Positions 31,768 to 39,827 of a stretch of 64,000 nucleotides of DNA are shown in pieces; positions within the stretch are counted from its first letter, which is position 1; each line of letters opens with the position of its first letter. Where the stretch lies: NCBI GenBank assembly GCA_044226015.1, contig JBGAHS010000004.1, positions 224,001 through 288,000 on the forward strand, written 5' to 3'. The notes beneath the pieces were generated by a model that was given only the letters and a program-made list of their open reading frames with translations, was not told the DNA's origin and made no database searches. Source of the stretch: Candidatus Obscuribacteraceae bacterium. Lineage in GTDB: Bacteria; Cyanobacteriota; Vampirovibrionia; Obscuribacterales; Obscuribacteraceae. The position numbers and the translations under genes were made by a program.

Positions 31768-33039
31768 CTATCTCAGGCTGAGCGCAGGTTCCGGGCGAGA
31801 AACTGGAGCGAATTTTGACTTTAGTGTTTCATGCCACGAATTCCAGATTTCAATTGCCTGTTCAGAACTGAGATAAATAGAACTGCTTCGTTTTGAGTGT
31901 GAGCCTGCCAGCGACTGGGTGATTGAACCTTGTGAGTTTAGCGTCGGAATTAGCTCGGAGAAGTATTTGAATGCTTGTGAGCCAACTATCGTTAGCTTGG
32001 ATACGCCAAAGCTTATTCTGGCTAGTTTCACCCCTGGTGTATCTGCCAGTGAATTCAAAATGCCTTCTCCTGAAGCTTTATTGCTGCAAGACAGAATGTA
32101 ACGCAAGACAGTCCCAGCTCCCTGCAGTTCGCGTTTCTCGACTATGTTAACTGAGCCGGCGGCGACTCGGACTATTTTTTCTATCTCTGAGATCTGGCAC
32201 GCAGTATCGTCGATCTGTAAATCGAGCAGGGCGTAGTCGTTTAGTATGGCAATTCCGCTCAACTCTGGGCATGCCGATTGTAATTTGCTAACAACGGTTC
32301 CAGAATTTGCGACATTGAAAACATTTCGGATGCGAATGTCTAATCCATTTTCATTAGCGCATTCAACTGCTCTTGGATGTATTACTTGCGCTCCGTTGGC
32401 GGCTAGTTCGAGGCAGTCTTCATAAGATAGTTTTTCGTGCTGAATAGCACCATTAATAATATTTGGGTCTGCGCTGAAGATTCCATCTACGTCAGTATAT
32501 ATCTCACATTCGTTGGACCCAATAGCTGCGCAGATAGCAACCGCAGATGTATCTGAGCCGCCTCGTCCTAATGTTGTTATGTCGCCCTGGCTCGTCACTC
32601 CCTGAAATCCGGCAACTACGATTACGTCGTTTTCTTGAAATGCGTCAAGTATTTTTTCTTTGTTGATACTCAGTATTTCTGCATTTCCGTAATTGGCTTC
32701 AGTGACAATTCCCAATTGAGTTCCGGTGAAAGACTTTGCCTTGATGCCGTGATCTTTGAGAATAATACTAAGCAAAGCGATTGTCTGTTGCTCTCCGCAA
32801 GACAGTAGTACATCGAGCTCGCGGCGGTCTGGCTCATCTGCGCAAAGCTCAGCCAGCTGAACTAAGCTGTTTGTGTGATCACCCATGGCAGAAACGATTA
32901 CCACGGTTTGGTTCTTATCGCAGTAGCTCGAAACTATCTGCGCCACGTGCGCGAGGCGCTGTGGGCTTTTGACGGATGTGCCACCAAACTTAAGCACTTT
33001 TATTTTCTTGTCTTCTGTCATTTTAATTCTCTTCTCCAT
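31768..33039 (-). CDS. Aspartate kinase
   Basis: KFGGTSV, VSAMG, RELDVLLSCGE, VAGFQG, TTLGRGGSDTSA, YTDVDG..ADP; divergent C-terminal ACT region. Confidence 0.92.
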   Translation of the reverse strand: MEKRIKMTEDKKIKVLKFGGTSVKSPQRLAHVAQIVSSYCDKNQTVVIVSAMGDHTNSLVQLAELCADEPDRRELDVLLSCGEQQTIALLSIILKDHGIKAKSFTGTQLGIVTEANYGNAEILSINKEKILDAFQENDVIVVAGFQGVTSQGDITTLGRGGSDTSAVAICAAIGSNECEIYTDVDGIFSADPNIINGAIQHEKLSYEDCLELAANGAQVIHPRAVECANENGLDIRIRNVFNVANSGTVVSKLQSACPELSGIAILNDYALLDLQIDDTACQISEIEKIVRVAAGSVNIVEKRELQGAGTVLRYILSCSNKASGEGILNSLADTPGVKLARISFGVSKLTIVGSQAFKYFSELIPTLNSQGSITQSLAGSHSKRSSSIYLSSEQAIEIWNSWHETLKSKFAPVSRPEPALSLR

Positions 33040-33053
33040 CTGGTCTTAAAGTT

Positions 33054-34250
33054 CTAGACTGCGATTTTGCTTGCACGTTCTGCAAAGCAAATCGCGTAAT
33101 CGATGTCGTTTATGAGGTCATCGGCGCTTTCTATGCCCACCGATAAACGCACGAGTCCATCCACTATTCCAAGTTGATCTCTAACTTCTTTGGGAATCGG
33201 AGCGTGTGTCATGCTTGCAGGATGGCAGAGGAGTGATTTGACACCACCCAGACTCTCGGCCAGTTGGAAAAGTTCGGTGCTGTTAACGAAGTCTCTGGCT
33301 GCGGCGAAGCCGCCTTTTAGCACAAACGAAACGACTCCGCCGAATCCCTTCATCTGTTTCTTTGCAAGAAGATGCTGGGGATGGCTCTCAAGCCCCGGAT
33401 AAAAAACTCTGTCAACGAGCTTATTCTCACTCAGGAAATTTGCGACTAATGTAGCATTTCTTTCGTGTTCTTTCATTCTCAACGAAAGCGTTTTAATTCC
33501 ACGTAGTGTTAAGAACGAGTCGAAGGGTCCGGGCACCGCGCCGGCAGCATTTTGAATGAATTTCAGTTCCTCATATAGGTCTGCGCGATTGGTGATTATG
33601 GCACCGCCTATGATATCGCTGTGTCCGCTCAGGTACTTTGTTGTGCTATGAACGATTATATCTGCGCCGAGTTCAAGTGGCTTTTGAAAATATGGCGTCG
33701 CAAAAGTATTGTCTACGGCAAGCAGTATATTTTCTCTTTTGCATATTGCGCTTATTTCTTCTATGTCCGCAAGGTTTAGAAGCGGGTTAGTGGGTGTTTC
33801 GATCCACACCAGTTTTGTGTTGCTTTTTATTGCATTTGCAATTTCTTCGGGTACGCTGGCATCGACGTAGCTAAAGTCAATATTGAATTTGCGTTTTACT
33901 CGTTCAAATAATCTATAAACACCACCATAAACGTCTTTGCCTACGATTACATGATCTCCGGCTGAAAGTATGTCAGCTACGATTGATACAGCCGCGAGCC
34001 CCGATGCGCAGCCAATGCCGAACTCCGCTCCCTCAAGTGAGGACAGGCAAGACTCTAGAGCGCTTCTGGTTGGATTATGGCTGCGTGCATACTGATACCC
34101 TTTGTTTTTACCCAACTCATCTAGAACAAAAGTTGATGTTTGATAGATTGGAGTTATCAGCGCTCCTGTTGCTGCGTCTTTTTCTTGTCCTTGATGAATA
34201 GCCAGAGTTTCGAAGCTATATTGTTGGTTTTTGTTGCGTAGTTTGCTCAT
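33054..34250 (-). CDS. PLP-dependent transsulfuration enzyme (cystathionine gamma-synthase/lyase, MetB/MetC family)
   Basis: PIYQTSTF, YARSHNPTR, ETPTNP, DNTFATP, HSTTKYLSGHSD (PLP lysine), AESLGG, RLSVGIE. Confidence 0.93.
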   Translation of the reverse strand: MSKLRNKNQQYSFETLAIHQGQEKDAATGALITPIYQTSTFVLDELGKNKGYQYARSHNPTRSALESCLSSLEGAEFGIGCASGLAAVSIVADILSAGDHVIVGKDVYGGVYRLFERVKRKFNIDFSYVDASVPEEIANAIKSNTKLVWIETPTNPLLNLADIEEISAICKRENILLAVDNTFATPYFQKPLELGADIIVHSTTKYLSGHSDIIGGAIITNRADLYEELKFIQNAAGAVPGPFDSFLTLRGIKTLSLRMKEHERNATLVANFLSENKLVDRVFYPGLESHPQHLLAKKQMKGFGGVVSFVLKGGFAAARDFVNSTELFQLAESLGGVKSLLCHPASMTHAPIPKEVRDQLGIVDGLVRLSVGIESADDLINDIDYAICFAERASKIAV

Positions 34251-34261
34251 TGAAAATCTCC

Positions 34262-34297
34262 AAAAGAAAACGCCCTTCCCGGAAAGAGAAGGGCGTT
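34262..34297 (-). terminator. Attenuator terminator hairpin (3:4)
   Basis: Minus strand AACGCCCUUC-ucuuuccgg-GAAGGGCGUU-UUCUUUU, ending about 12 nt before the ATG at 34250. Confidence 0.88.
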
Positions 34298-34319
34298 GTG
34301 TGCTCAGTAATCTAAAGAC

Positions 34320-34406
34320 TTATCTGAACCCGGACGACAACACACCTTCCCGCTGGGGAGGCATTGGCATGTTCATCATCATCATTGAGTTCGTCATGCA
34401 GGTCAT
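34320..34406 (-). CDS. Met-rich leader peptide MTCMTNSMMMMNMPMPPQREGVLSSGFR
   Basis: 28 codons with 8 ATG, including a run of four; GAGAG just upstream; lies directly 5' of a Met-pathway operon. Confidence 0.85.
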   Translation of the reverse strand: MTCMTNSMMMMNMPMPPQREGVLSSGFR

Positions 34407-34577
34407 TATGCTCTCGATTTCGGAAATTACAAGCGAGAGAATTCTTATTGGTAACATTTCGGAATAATTTTTTGGAAGATCCATATATGTTATTGAGTGC
34501 ACAATCGTTGACTTTCGCAAGTGGCTAGCTGCTGCCAGGAAAAGAAGAGAATAGTGGGTTCTGCTGGTGTTAAGTTC

Positions 34578-35063
34578 TTAGCTATTCTGTCGCTTCAGTT
34601 GAATCTCGACTCTCACTTCTTCGGGTGAAGGTGCGCAGCACGCAGACTTCTTCGCCATTGGAGCATCACTTGAGCTCACCTCATTGTCGTCACCATATAC
34701 GGTGGATTCACCGGTGGTGAGAAAAGTTTCCCAGGCTATGCCTTGTGGATCTACTACCCATGCTTTTTCCGACTTGGCATAACAACAAGTGGTCGCACCT
34801 TCATCCAGAACCTGCATGTTTGCTTGTTTTAGGCGGGAGGAAACTTCTTGAAGCTCTTCTGTGTTTTCAACTTGAACGCCAAGATGGTCTAGCCCCGGTT
34901 CTCTGCCTCGAGCTGAAATTGCAAAATTCACGCGGGGATCATCTAGCATCCATTTTGCGTAGTCTTGCTTCGAAACCGAAGGTCCGGTGCCGAAAAGATT
35001 TGAATAAAACTCGGTGGATTTTTGCAAGTCCTCAACTGCCACATGCACGTGTAGTCTTTTCAT
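34578..35063 (-). CDS. ArsI/CadI family VOC metalloenzyme
   Basis: MKRLHVHVAV, YAKWMLDDPRVNFAIS, LDHLG, TTCCYAKSEKAWVVDPQGIAWETF. Confidence 0.88.
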   Translation of the reverse strand: MKRLHVHVAVEDLQKSTEFYSNLFGTGPSVSKQDYAKWMLDDPRVNFAISARGREPGLDHLGVQVENTEELQEVSSRLKQANMQVLDEGATTCCYAKSEKAWVVDPQGIAWETFLTTGESTVYGDDNEVSSSDAPMAKKSACCAPSPEEVRVEIQLKRQNS

Positions 35064-35362
35064 TAGCATTTGCCTCCATTGTCAGCGCAGCAATTCTCAA
35101 GCAAAAAGTTGATGAGTGTTTGCATGTGCGCATAATTTGCTGAATATATGATTGAACGACTTTCTCGCCGAGCAGATATTAGTCCTGCATTGGTCAGTTC
35201 CTTTAGATGGAATGACATCGTGGCTGGTGGCATTCCAAAATGTGTACTCAGATCGCCAGCCGCCATTCCTGCGGACCCTTGTCTCACCAAGAGTCGGAAA
35301 ATTTCCAGACGTGTTTCTTGTGCCAATGCCGCCAGGGCGTTGACTGCGTTGTTCGTTTTCAT
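35063..35362 (-). CDS. arsR: ArsR/SmtB family repressor with C-terminal Cys pair
   Basis: LAALAQETRLEIFRLLV, TMSFHLKEL..AGLI, RSIIYSANY, LLENCC...C; stop overlaps the arsI-like start. Confidence 0.88.
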   Translation of the reverse strand: MKTNNAVNALAALAQETRLEIFRLLVRQGSAGMAAGDLSTHFGMPPATMSFHLKELTNAGLISARRESRSIIYSANYAHMQTLINFLLENCCADNGGKC

Positions 35363-35512
35363 ATTTCCAATAATATCGAAATGTTGTTTCTTGGTCAAGC
35401 CCTTTCGAGTGTATTAAAATGGTGGTTTTTGAAGAAAATGGAGCAGAGTAGTTCGAAAAAGAATAATTTGGACCCATTTTGAAGAAATTGGACCCAGGTC
35501 GAGTTTTTTTTT

Positions 35513-35716
35513 GTTGAGATGCCGGATCTAATTGCTGAGCGATTCGTGCTTTTTGTGCATAGAAATGGTGGCACTCTTCCAAACAAGCGAAGGAAGAGAG
35601 AATTCGCTGCATTGAAAGATGAAGAGCTTACAAACTTGGAAGAAATAGTTCGCGACGCATTCGATGGTTTCGAAGAGGTGGCTGGAACAGATCTGCGCCG
35701 GGCTTCGGAAGATTAG
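35513..35716 (+). pseudogene. C-terminal remnant of a Fic-family protein
   Basis: VEMPDLIAERFVLFVHRNGGTLPNKRRKREFAALKDEEL resembles the C-terminal helix region of long Fic proteins; no Fic core upstream. Confidence 0.5.
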
Positions 35717-35789
35717 CTAAAACCCTGTCTTCCTGTTAGTTCTTGGTGCGAAGGATGTATAATTGTCCGACCATCGAAGGTAATAAATT

Positions 35790-36752
35790 ATGCCAGACCA
35801 AGATTACTTGCAAAATATTAGTAAGCAGCTGCTTGAAGAACTTGATGCTTTTTTTGGCTTGCATAAAGGTTTTCGCCCAGTTCATGCAAAAGGCATTATT
35901 TGCACGGGAACTTTCACTCCTTCTCCTGAGGCTGTTAGTTTAACTTGAGCACCACATGCGCAGAGTTCCTCCACCGATGTGATGGTGCGTTTTTCTAATT
36001 TTGGTGGTTTGCCAATGATTAGCGATACCGATCCGAATGCGGCACCGCGTGGCATTGCTGTGCGATTTAATTTAGCACCACATGTCCACACTGATATTGT
36101 TGCTCACACTAAAAATGGCTTTCCTGTGCGAACTGGCGAAGAATTCTTGGACGTTCTAAAGGCTCTTGTTGCAAGCCGTGACAGCGCAGGCAGTCCATCT
36201 CCTTTCGAGCAATATCTGGCTGCACATCCAAAAGCCAAAGAATTTTTCACTACGCCCAACCCAGTTCCTGCGAGTTTTTCCACCGAATCCTTTTATGCAG
36301 TCAATGCTTTCAAGTTCACGAACAAAGAAGGTAAATCTTGTTATGGGCGCTTACAAATTTTGCCGGAAACTGAGGCGGAGTATTTGGATGATGCTGTAGT
36401 AAAAACGAAGGGTAGTGAATTTCTATTCAATGAATTGGAAGAACGCGTCAAGAACGGAACTATCAAAATGCGTATTGTCGTTGAGCTCGCACCTGATGGA
36501 ACCGAAGTAAATGACGCTACTATTTGCTGGGGCGAAAATAGCAAGAAATTGCCTTTTGGCACCATCGAATTGAACAAACTTGTACCTCCAGGCGATGTTG
36601 AATCTGACAGAGTTATTTTTGATCCGATTCCACGCGTGGATGGCATTGACCCTTCGGACGATCCACTAATTGAGTTGCGTGCGGCAATTTACCTTTTGAC
36701 AGGACGCCGGCGTCGAGCTGCAGTAAAAGAGCGTGAGCATTCACAAGCTTAA
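35790..36752 (+). pseudogene. Catalase-related (SrpA-like small catalase) gene with an in-frame TGA
   Basis: Frame from ATG 35790 reads MPDQ...GFRPVHAKG...SLT*APHA...VRFSNFGG...; stop at 35946-35948; downstream FDP...DDPLIELRAAIY. Confidence 0.85.
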
Positions 36753-36823
36753 GCATGAAATTTGAGGAAATTGGAACCTCGGTTAGAATTCTCGAGCGAT
36801 CTGGAAGCTTATTTTGCAAGCAT

Positions 36824-37447
36824 TCAGGAGGCTTTGTTTAGTATTCGAGACCAAAACATTTGGGCACCACTAGTGGTGTACTGGCTCATTAGTGAGTGCA
36901 TCAAAGATAGATGAACGCCTGCTTTTATATCCAGGTCGTAACTGAGTAAATGGAAATGACGCAAAAATTGAAACAACCGATCATCGGGTACTTCAACTCC
37001 GGCGTTTGCCTTCTTGAGCTGTTCCCTGAATGCTTTCAACTTGTCTTGTTTGTCTTTGCTGCTCAAATTGGACATATCAACCATGCGCAGAAATTCTTCT
37101 GCACTGTTCGTATGTCTCGCCCATTCCAAAATTCCACGGGCGCCACTGATGTCAGTGTTGCTTAATGGTCCTGTTATCAAAGCAATCGAATCGCTACCTT
37201 CAGTGAACAAATCAGGATTATTGAAATCGTTCCACGCAGCTTGAATCACTTCTCCAAACACTTTACCGGCAGTTGTTATCGCCACAGTATGCTTTATCTG
37301 AGCCAACAGGTTTCGCTGCTGATCGCCACTGAGTTTCTCGACAAAGACAATCATTCGTCAGTGTCGAATCCGTCCATCTTTCCCTGCAACTTAATCTTCA
37401 AGATGGGCCAGCATGGCAACGATGGCGCGAGTAAAACTAGTCTGCAC
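36824..37447 (-). pseudogene. Frameshifted N-terminal remnant of a nuclease-NTPase (Avs/NACHT-associated type) gene
   Basis: APSLPCWPILKIKLQGKMDGFDTD then 1-nt frameshift near 37355 into MIVFVE...AQIKH...VIQAAWNDFNN...IALITGPLS...LLSYDLD; truncated after about 200 codons. Confidence 0.65.
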
Positions 37448-37622
37448 GAAAGTCACACTCATGCGCCAGCGGCGTTTCACGACCGTGGATAAGCGTTTCA
37501 TCGATATCCAGGATAAGTAACGGGCGCTGTTCCATTCTTCAATACACCAGCTCTGTCGGCGCAACCGCTAAATGTATTCCCGTTTTTCGACATTGGCCTT
37601 CATGATGTAATCTTTGCAAGTG

Positions 37623-37839
37623 GCACCATATATAGTGGCGAGTGAAGCAATTCTTTCGCCGGGTAAGGCAGCGGGTAAGGCGTGCGCTGAGCATCGCGAA
37701 CCGCGCGGGTTAGGCAGTGGGTTAGGTGAGAGAGCGCTGGAGGTTGTCGCCGCGTTCTTAATTTACCGATCGACAAGCGACAGACAAACATCGTTGATAG
37801 TGGTTCTTCACGCTCAACCAATCTGATCGCATTTGCATT
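37623..37839 (+). repeat. Island end module, copy 1 (diverged direct repeat of 53249-53447)
   Basis: Colinear shared blocks GCACCATATRTAGTGGCG, GTGGGTTAGG, AGCGAYAGACAAAC, CGTTGAT, ACGCTC and an exact 18-mer TCTGATCGCATTTGCATT. Confidence 0.8.
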
Positions 37840-38816
37840 TGCAGGAGTTGTTCGACCATTACAGAGTTGGGCATTTGCAAAAGAGGGCAAAACGTGTGGC
37901 TGACGCGGAGAACGATTTCAAGCGTTGGTTTGGTTCGCTTGCAAACAAGAAAATATCTTCTTTTATTCATAGCGACGCTCACAGACTGCATGCCAGCATG
38001 TCAAAACGTACTCCGGTATCAGCCAATCGAGCGGTCCAGCTCGGCCGCGCCATGTTTAATTTCGGCATTAGGACACGCTTTATCCAGGGCGAAAATCCTT
38101 TCGGCGGAATAAGTTTAAACAGGGAGGCGGAGCGCGATCGCGTCCTTACAGACGTTGAAGCCGGAAAGCTCTTATCGGCGCTTGACGCAATTCCTGCCAC
38201 GCACTCAGACGAACGTACTTTACGTGATTGGGTGCTGTTATCGCTGATGACTGGAGCACGAAAGGCAAACATTCTCGGCATGCGTTGGGAAGAAGTGGAT
38301 CTAGGCGGCGGTACTTGGACCATACCCGCAGAAAAGATGAAGGGTGGACGAGTGCAAAGCATACCCCTAAACACGCTTGAATTATCCGTTCTGTCAGAGC
38401 GAAAACAATTGTTGAAGAAGGCCCATGTCGTCTCGCCATGGGTCTTTCCTGGGACTGGAAATAAAGGACACATTGTCGATCCTGGAAATGCTTGGGAAAC
38501 TCTACGTTCACGACTTGGGCTAGAAGATTTATGGATTCACGACTTGAGGCGGAGTCTGGCATCCTCAATGGCGAACACCGGAGCAGATGTTTCGATTGTA
38601 CGAGCAGCTCTCAACCATACCGACACGCGAACAACTTTAAAAGCATACATCAGGACTAACCAGCAAGCTCAGCTTGATGCACGACAGAAGGCGCAAGATG
38701 CTTGGCTCGAGGCGATGAAGCGGCAATCAAAAACAACGCCAGATCCAACTGATGAGTCAGGACAGCCTGTCGTATCAATCTCCAAACGCAAGCGTAAGAA
38801 GAAAAAAAATCACTAA
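37833..38816 (+). CDS. Tyrosine integrase, probably N-terminally truncated
   Basis: TGARKANI (R), HDLRR, LNH, AYIR catalytic set; begins abruptly at LQELFDHY with only a TTG start. Confidence 0.88.
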   Translation: MHLQELFDHYRVGHLQKRAKRVADAENDFKRWFGSLANKKISSFIHSDAHRLHASMSKRTPVSANRAVQLGRAMFNFGIRTRFIQGENPFGGISLNREAERDRVLTDVEAGKLLSALDAIPATHSDERTLRDWVLLSLMTGARKANILGMRWEEVDLGGGTWTIPAEKMKGGRVQSIPLNTLELSVLSERKQLLKKAHVVSPWVFPGTGNKGHIVDPGNAWETLRSRLGLEDLWIHDLRRSLASSMANTGADVSIVRAALNHTDTRTTLKAYIRTNQQAQLDARQKAQDAWLEAMKRQSKTTPDPTDESGQPVVSISKRKRKKKKNH

Positions 38817-38887
38817 ATCGTATCGGCTAGCCTAGAATGTCCAATTAACGACCTTTTCAGCTCAATCAGGATTTGTGAGGTCATTTT

Positions 38888-38941
38888 CGAATATTGACAA
38901 TATTGCGATTGTTTCGAGTGTTGCGAATATTGCGAATAGAT
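38888..38941 (+). repeat. Six head-to-tail 9-bp units (consensus CGAATATTG), candidate operator
   Basis: cgaatattg acaatattg cgattgttt cgagtgttg cgaatattg cgaatagat, immediately upstream of the HTH gene. Confidence 0.65.
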
Positions 38942-38975
38942 GGTATGTTCTGTATATAGTGACCAGGACGGAATT

Positions 38976-39431
38976 ATGCCAGCATTAGCAGATGAACCAT
39001 TGCTACCAACAGCACAAGACGTAAGAGTGGCTACGGAATTGATTTTCGAACTTAACTCTGCCAAAGGAAAGCGACGTCCCAAGTTTTTGCTTTCCAGCAA
39101 CAAAGGTGAACAGATCGAGCTTTCAGAAGGTGCTTACGTTCTTCTTGTGAAGGTCTTGGAGGAGATGTCCAAGGGCAACGGAATAATGGTGATGCCAATA
39201 CACGCGGAGCTTACGACGCAGCAAGCAGCAGATTTCCTAAATGTGTCACGGCCTTTTCTCATTGGTCTGCTTGAAAAAGGAGAATTGCCTTTTCGGACTG
39301 TAGGCCGTCACAGGCGAGTTCGCTTGGAAGATATGATGAAATACAAGAAGCTCAATGATGAAAAACGCTTGGCGGCATTGGACGAGCTTGTCGCCCAGGC
39401 GCAAGAGCTTAATCTGGGCTATGGGCGCTGA
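38976..39431 (+). CDS. Excisionase-family (MerR-like HTH) DNA-binding protein, putative antitoxin
   Basis: ELTTQQAADFLNVSRPFLIGLLEKGELPF..VGRHRRVRLEDM...ALDEL..AQEL.LGY; stop overlaps the PIN gene ATG. Confidence 0.88.
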   Translation: MPALADEPLLPTAQDVRVATELIFELNSAKGKRRPKFLLSSNKGEQIELSEGAYVLLVKVLEEMSKGNGIMVMPIHAELTTQQAADFLNVSRPFLIGLLEKGELPFRTVGRHRRVRLEDMMKYKKLNDEKRLAALDELVAQAQELNLGYGR

Positions 39432-39643
39432 TGTTCACCCAGTTCGCTGTCGTTTACGATGCCTGCGTTTTGTATCCAGCACCGTTGCGAGATCTTCTCA
39501 TGCACCTGGCTATGACAGGTCTGTTTCGCGCAAAATGGACAAATCATATTCACGACGAATGGATCAGGAGCTTGCTGAGGGATAGGCCGGATCTAACGCC
39601 CTGCAGCAAGGTAAAGATGAGCAAGAAAACACACAATCCGTAA
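39431..39643 (+). pseudogene. Truncated PIN-domain (VapC-like) toxin
   Basis: VVYDACVLYPAPLRDLLMHLA..LFRAKWT..IHDEW..LL.DRPDL; similarity ends near 39600. Confidence 0.8.
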
Positions 39644-39827
39644 ATAACGGCTATGATTTTACATTACATCGAGCGATTCCTCTGGATAAGCTTGTTAAAC
39701 CAGGTTGTTTGCCCCCTGCGCAAGGCGGCGGACTCTGAATCAAGGAATCCGTATCAATCGGTTCCTTCTACTAGTGCCTTGTTTCATGATCACATCTACT
39801 GCCTAAAATGGTAATAGGAATACTTGC

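Larger units (their letters stand above)
34262..34406 (-). promoter_or_regulatory. Ribosome-dependent transcription attenuator sensing Met-tRNA (predicted)
   Basis: Leader peptide plus 1:2 hairpin, 14-bp 2:3 antiterminator (34351-34337 pairing with 34299-34286) and 3:4 terminator. Confidence 0.8.

Noticed and set aside
34320..34520. 66-aa TTG-initiated version of the leader ORF
   Set aside because: ATG 34406 has a plausible RBS and gives typical leader length; the upstream extension looks like AT-rich promoter DNA
34251..34520. SAM riboswitch or T-box upstream of the Met-pathway operon
   Set aside because: No SAM-I core or T-box UGGNACC motif seen; the leader-peptide model explains the hairpins
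35946..35948. Selenocysteine or alternative genetic code at the catalase TGA
   Set aside because: The position corresponds to a likely Arg, and TGA terminates many intact genes in this window
34500..39800. att duplicate of the tRNA-fMet 3' end
   Set aside because: Looked by eye for TGGTTGCGGGGG-like sequence and found none, so the island's left boundary remains approximate
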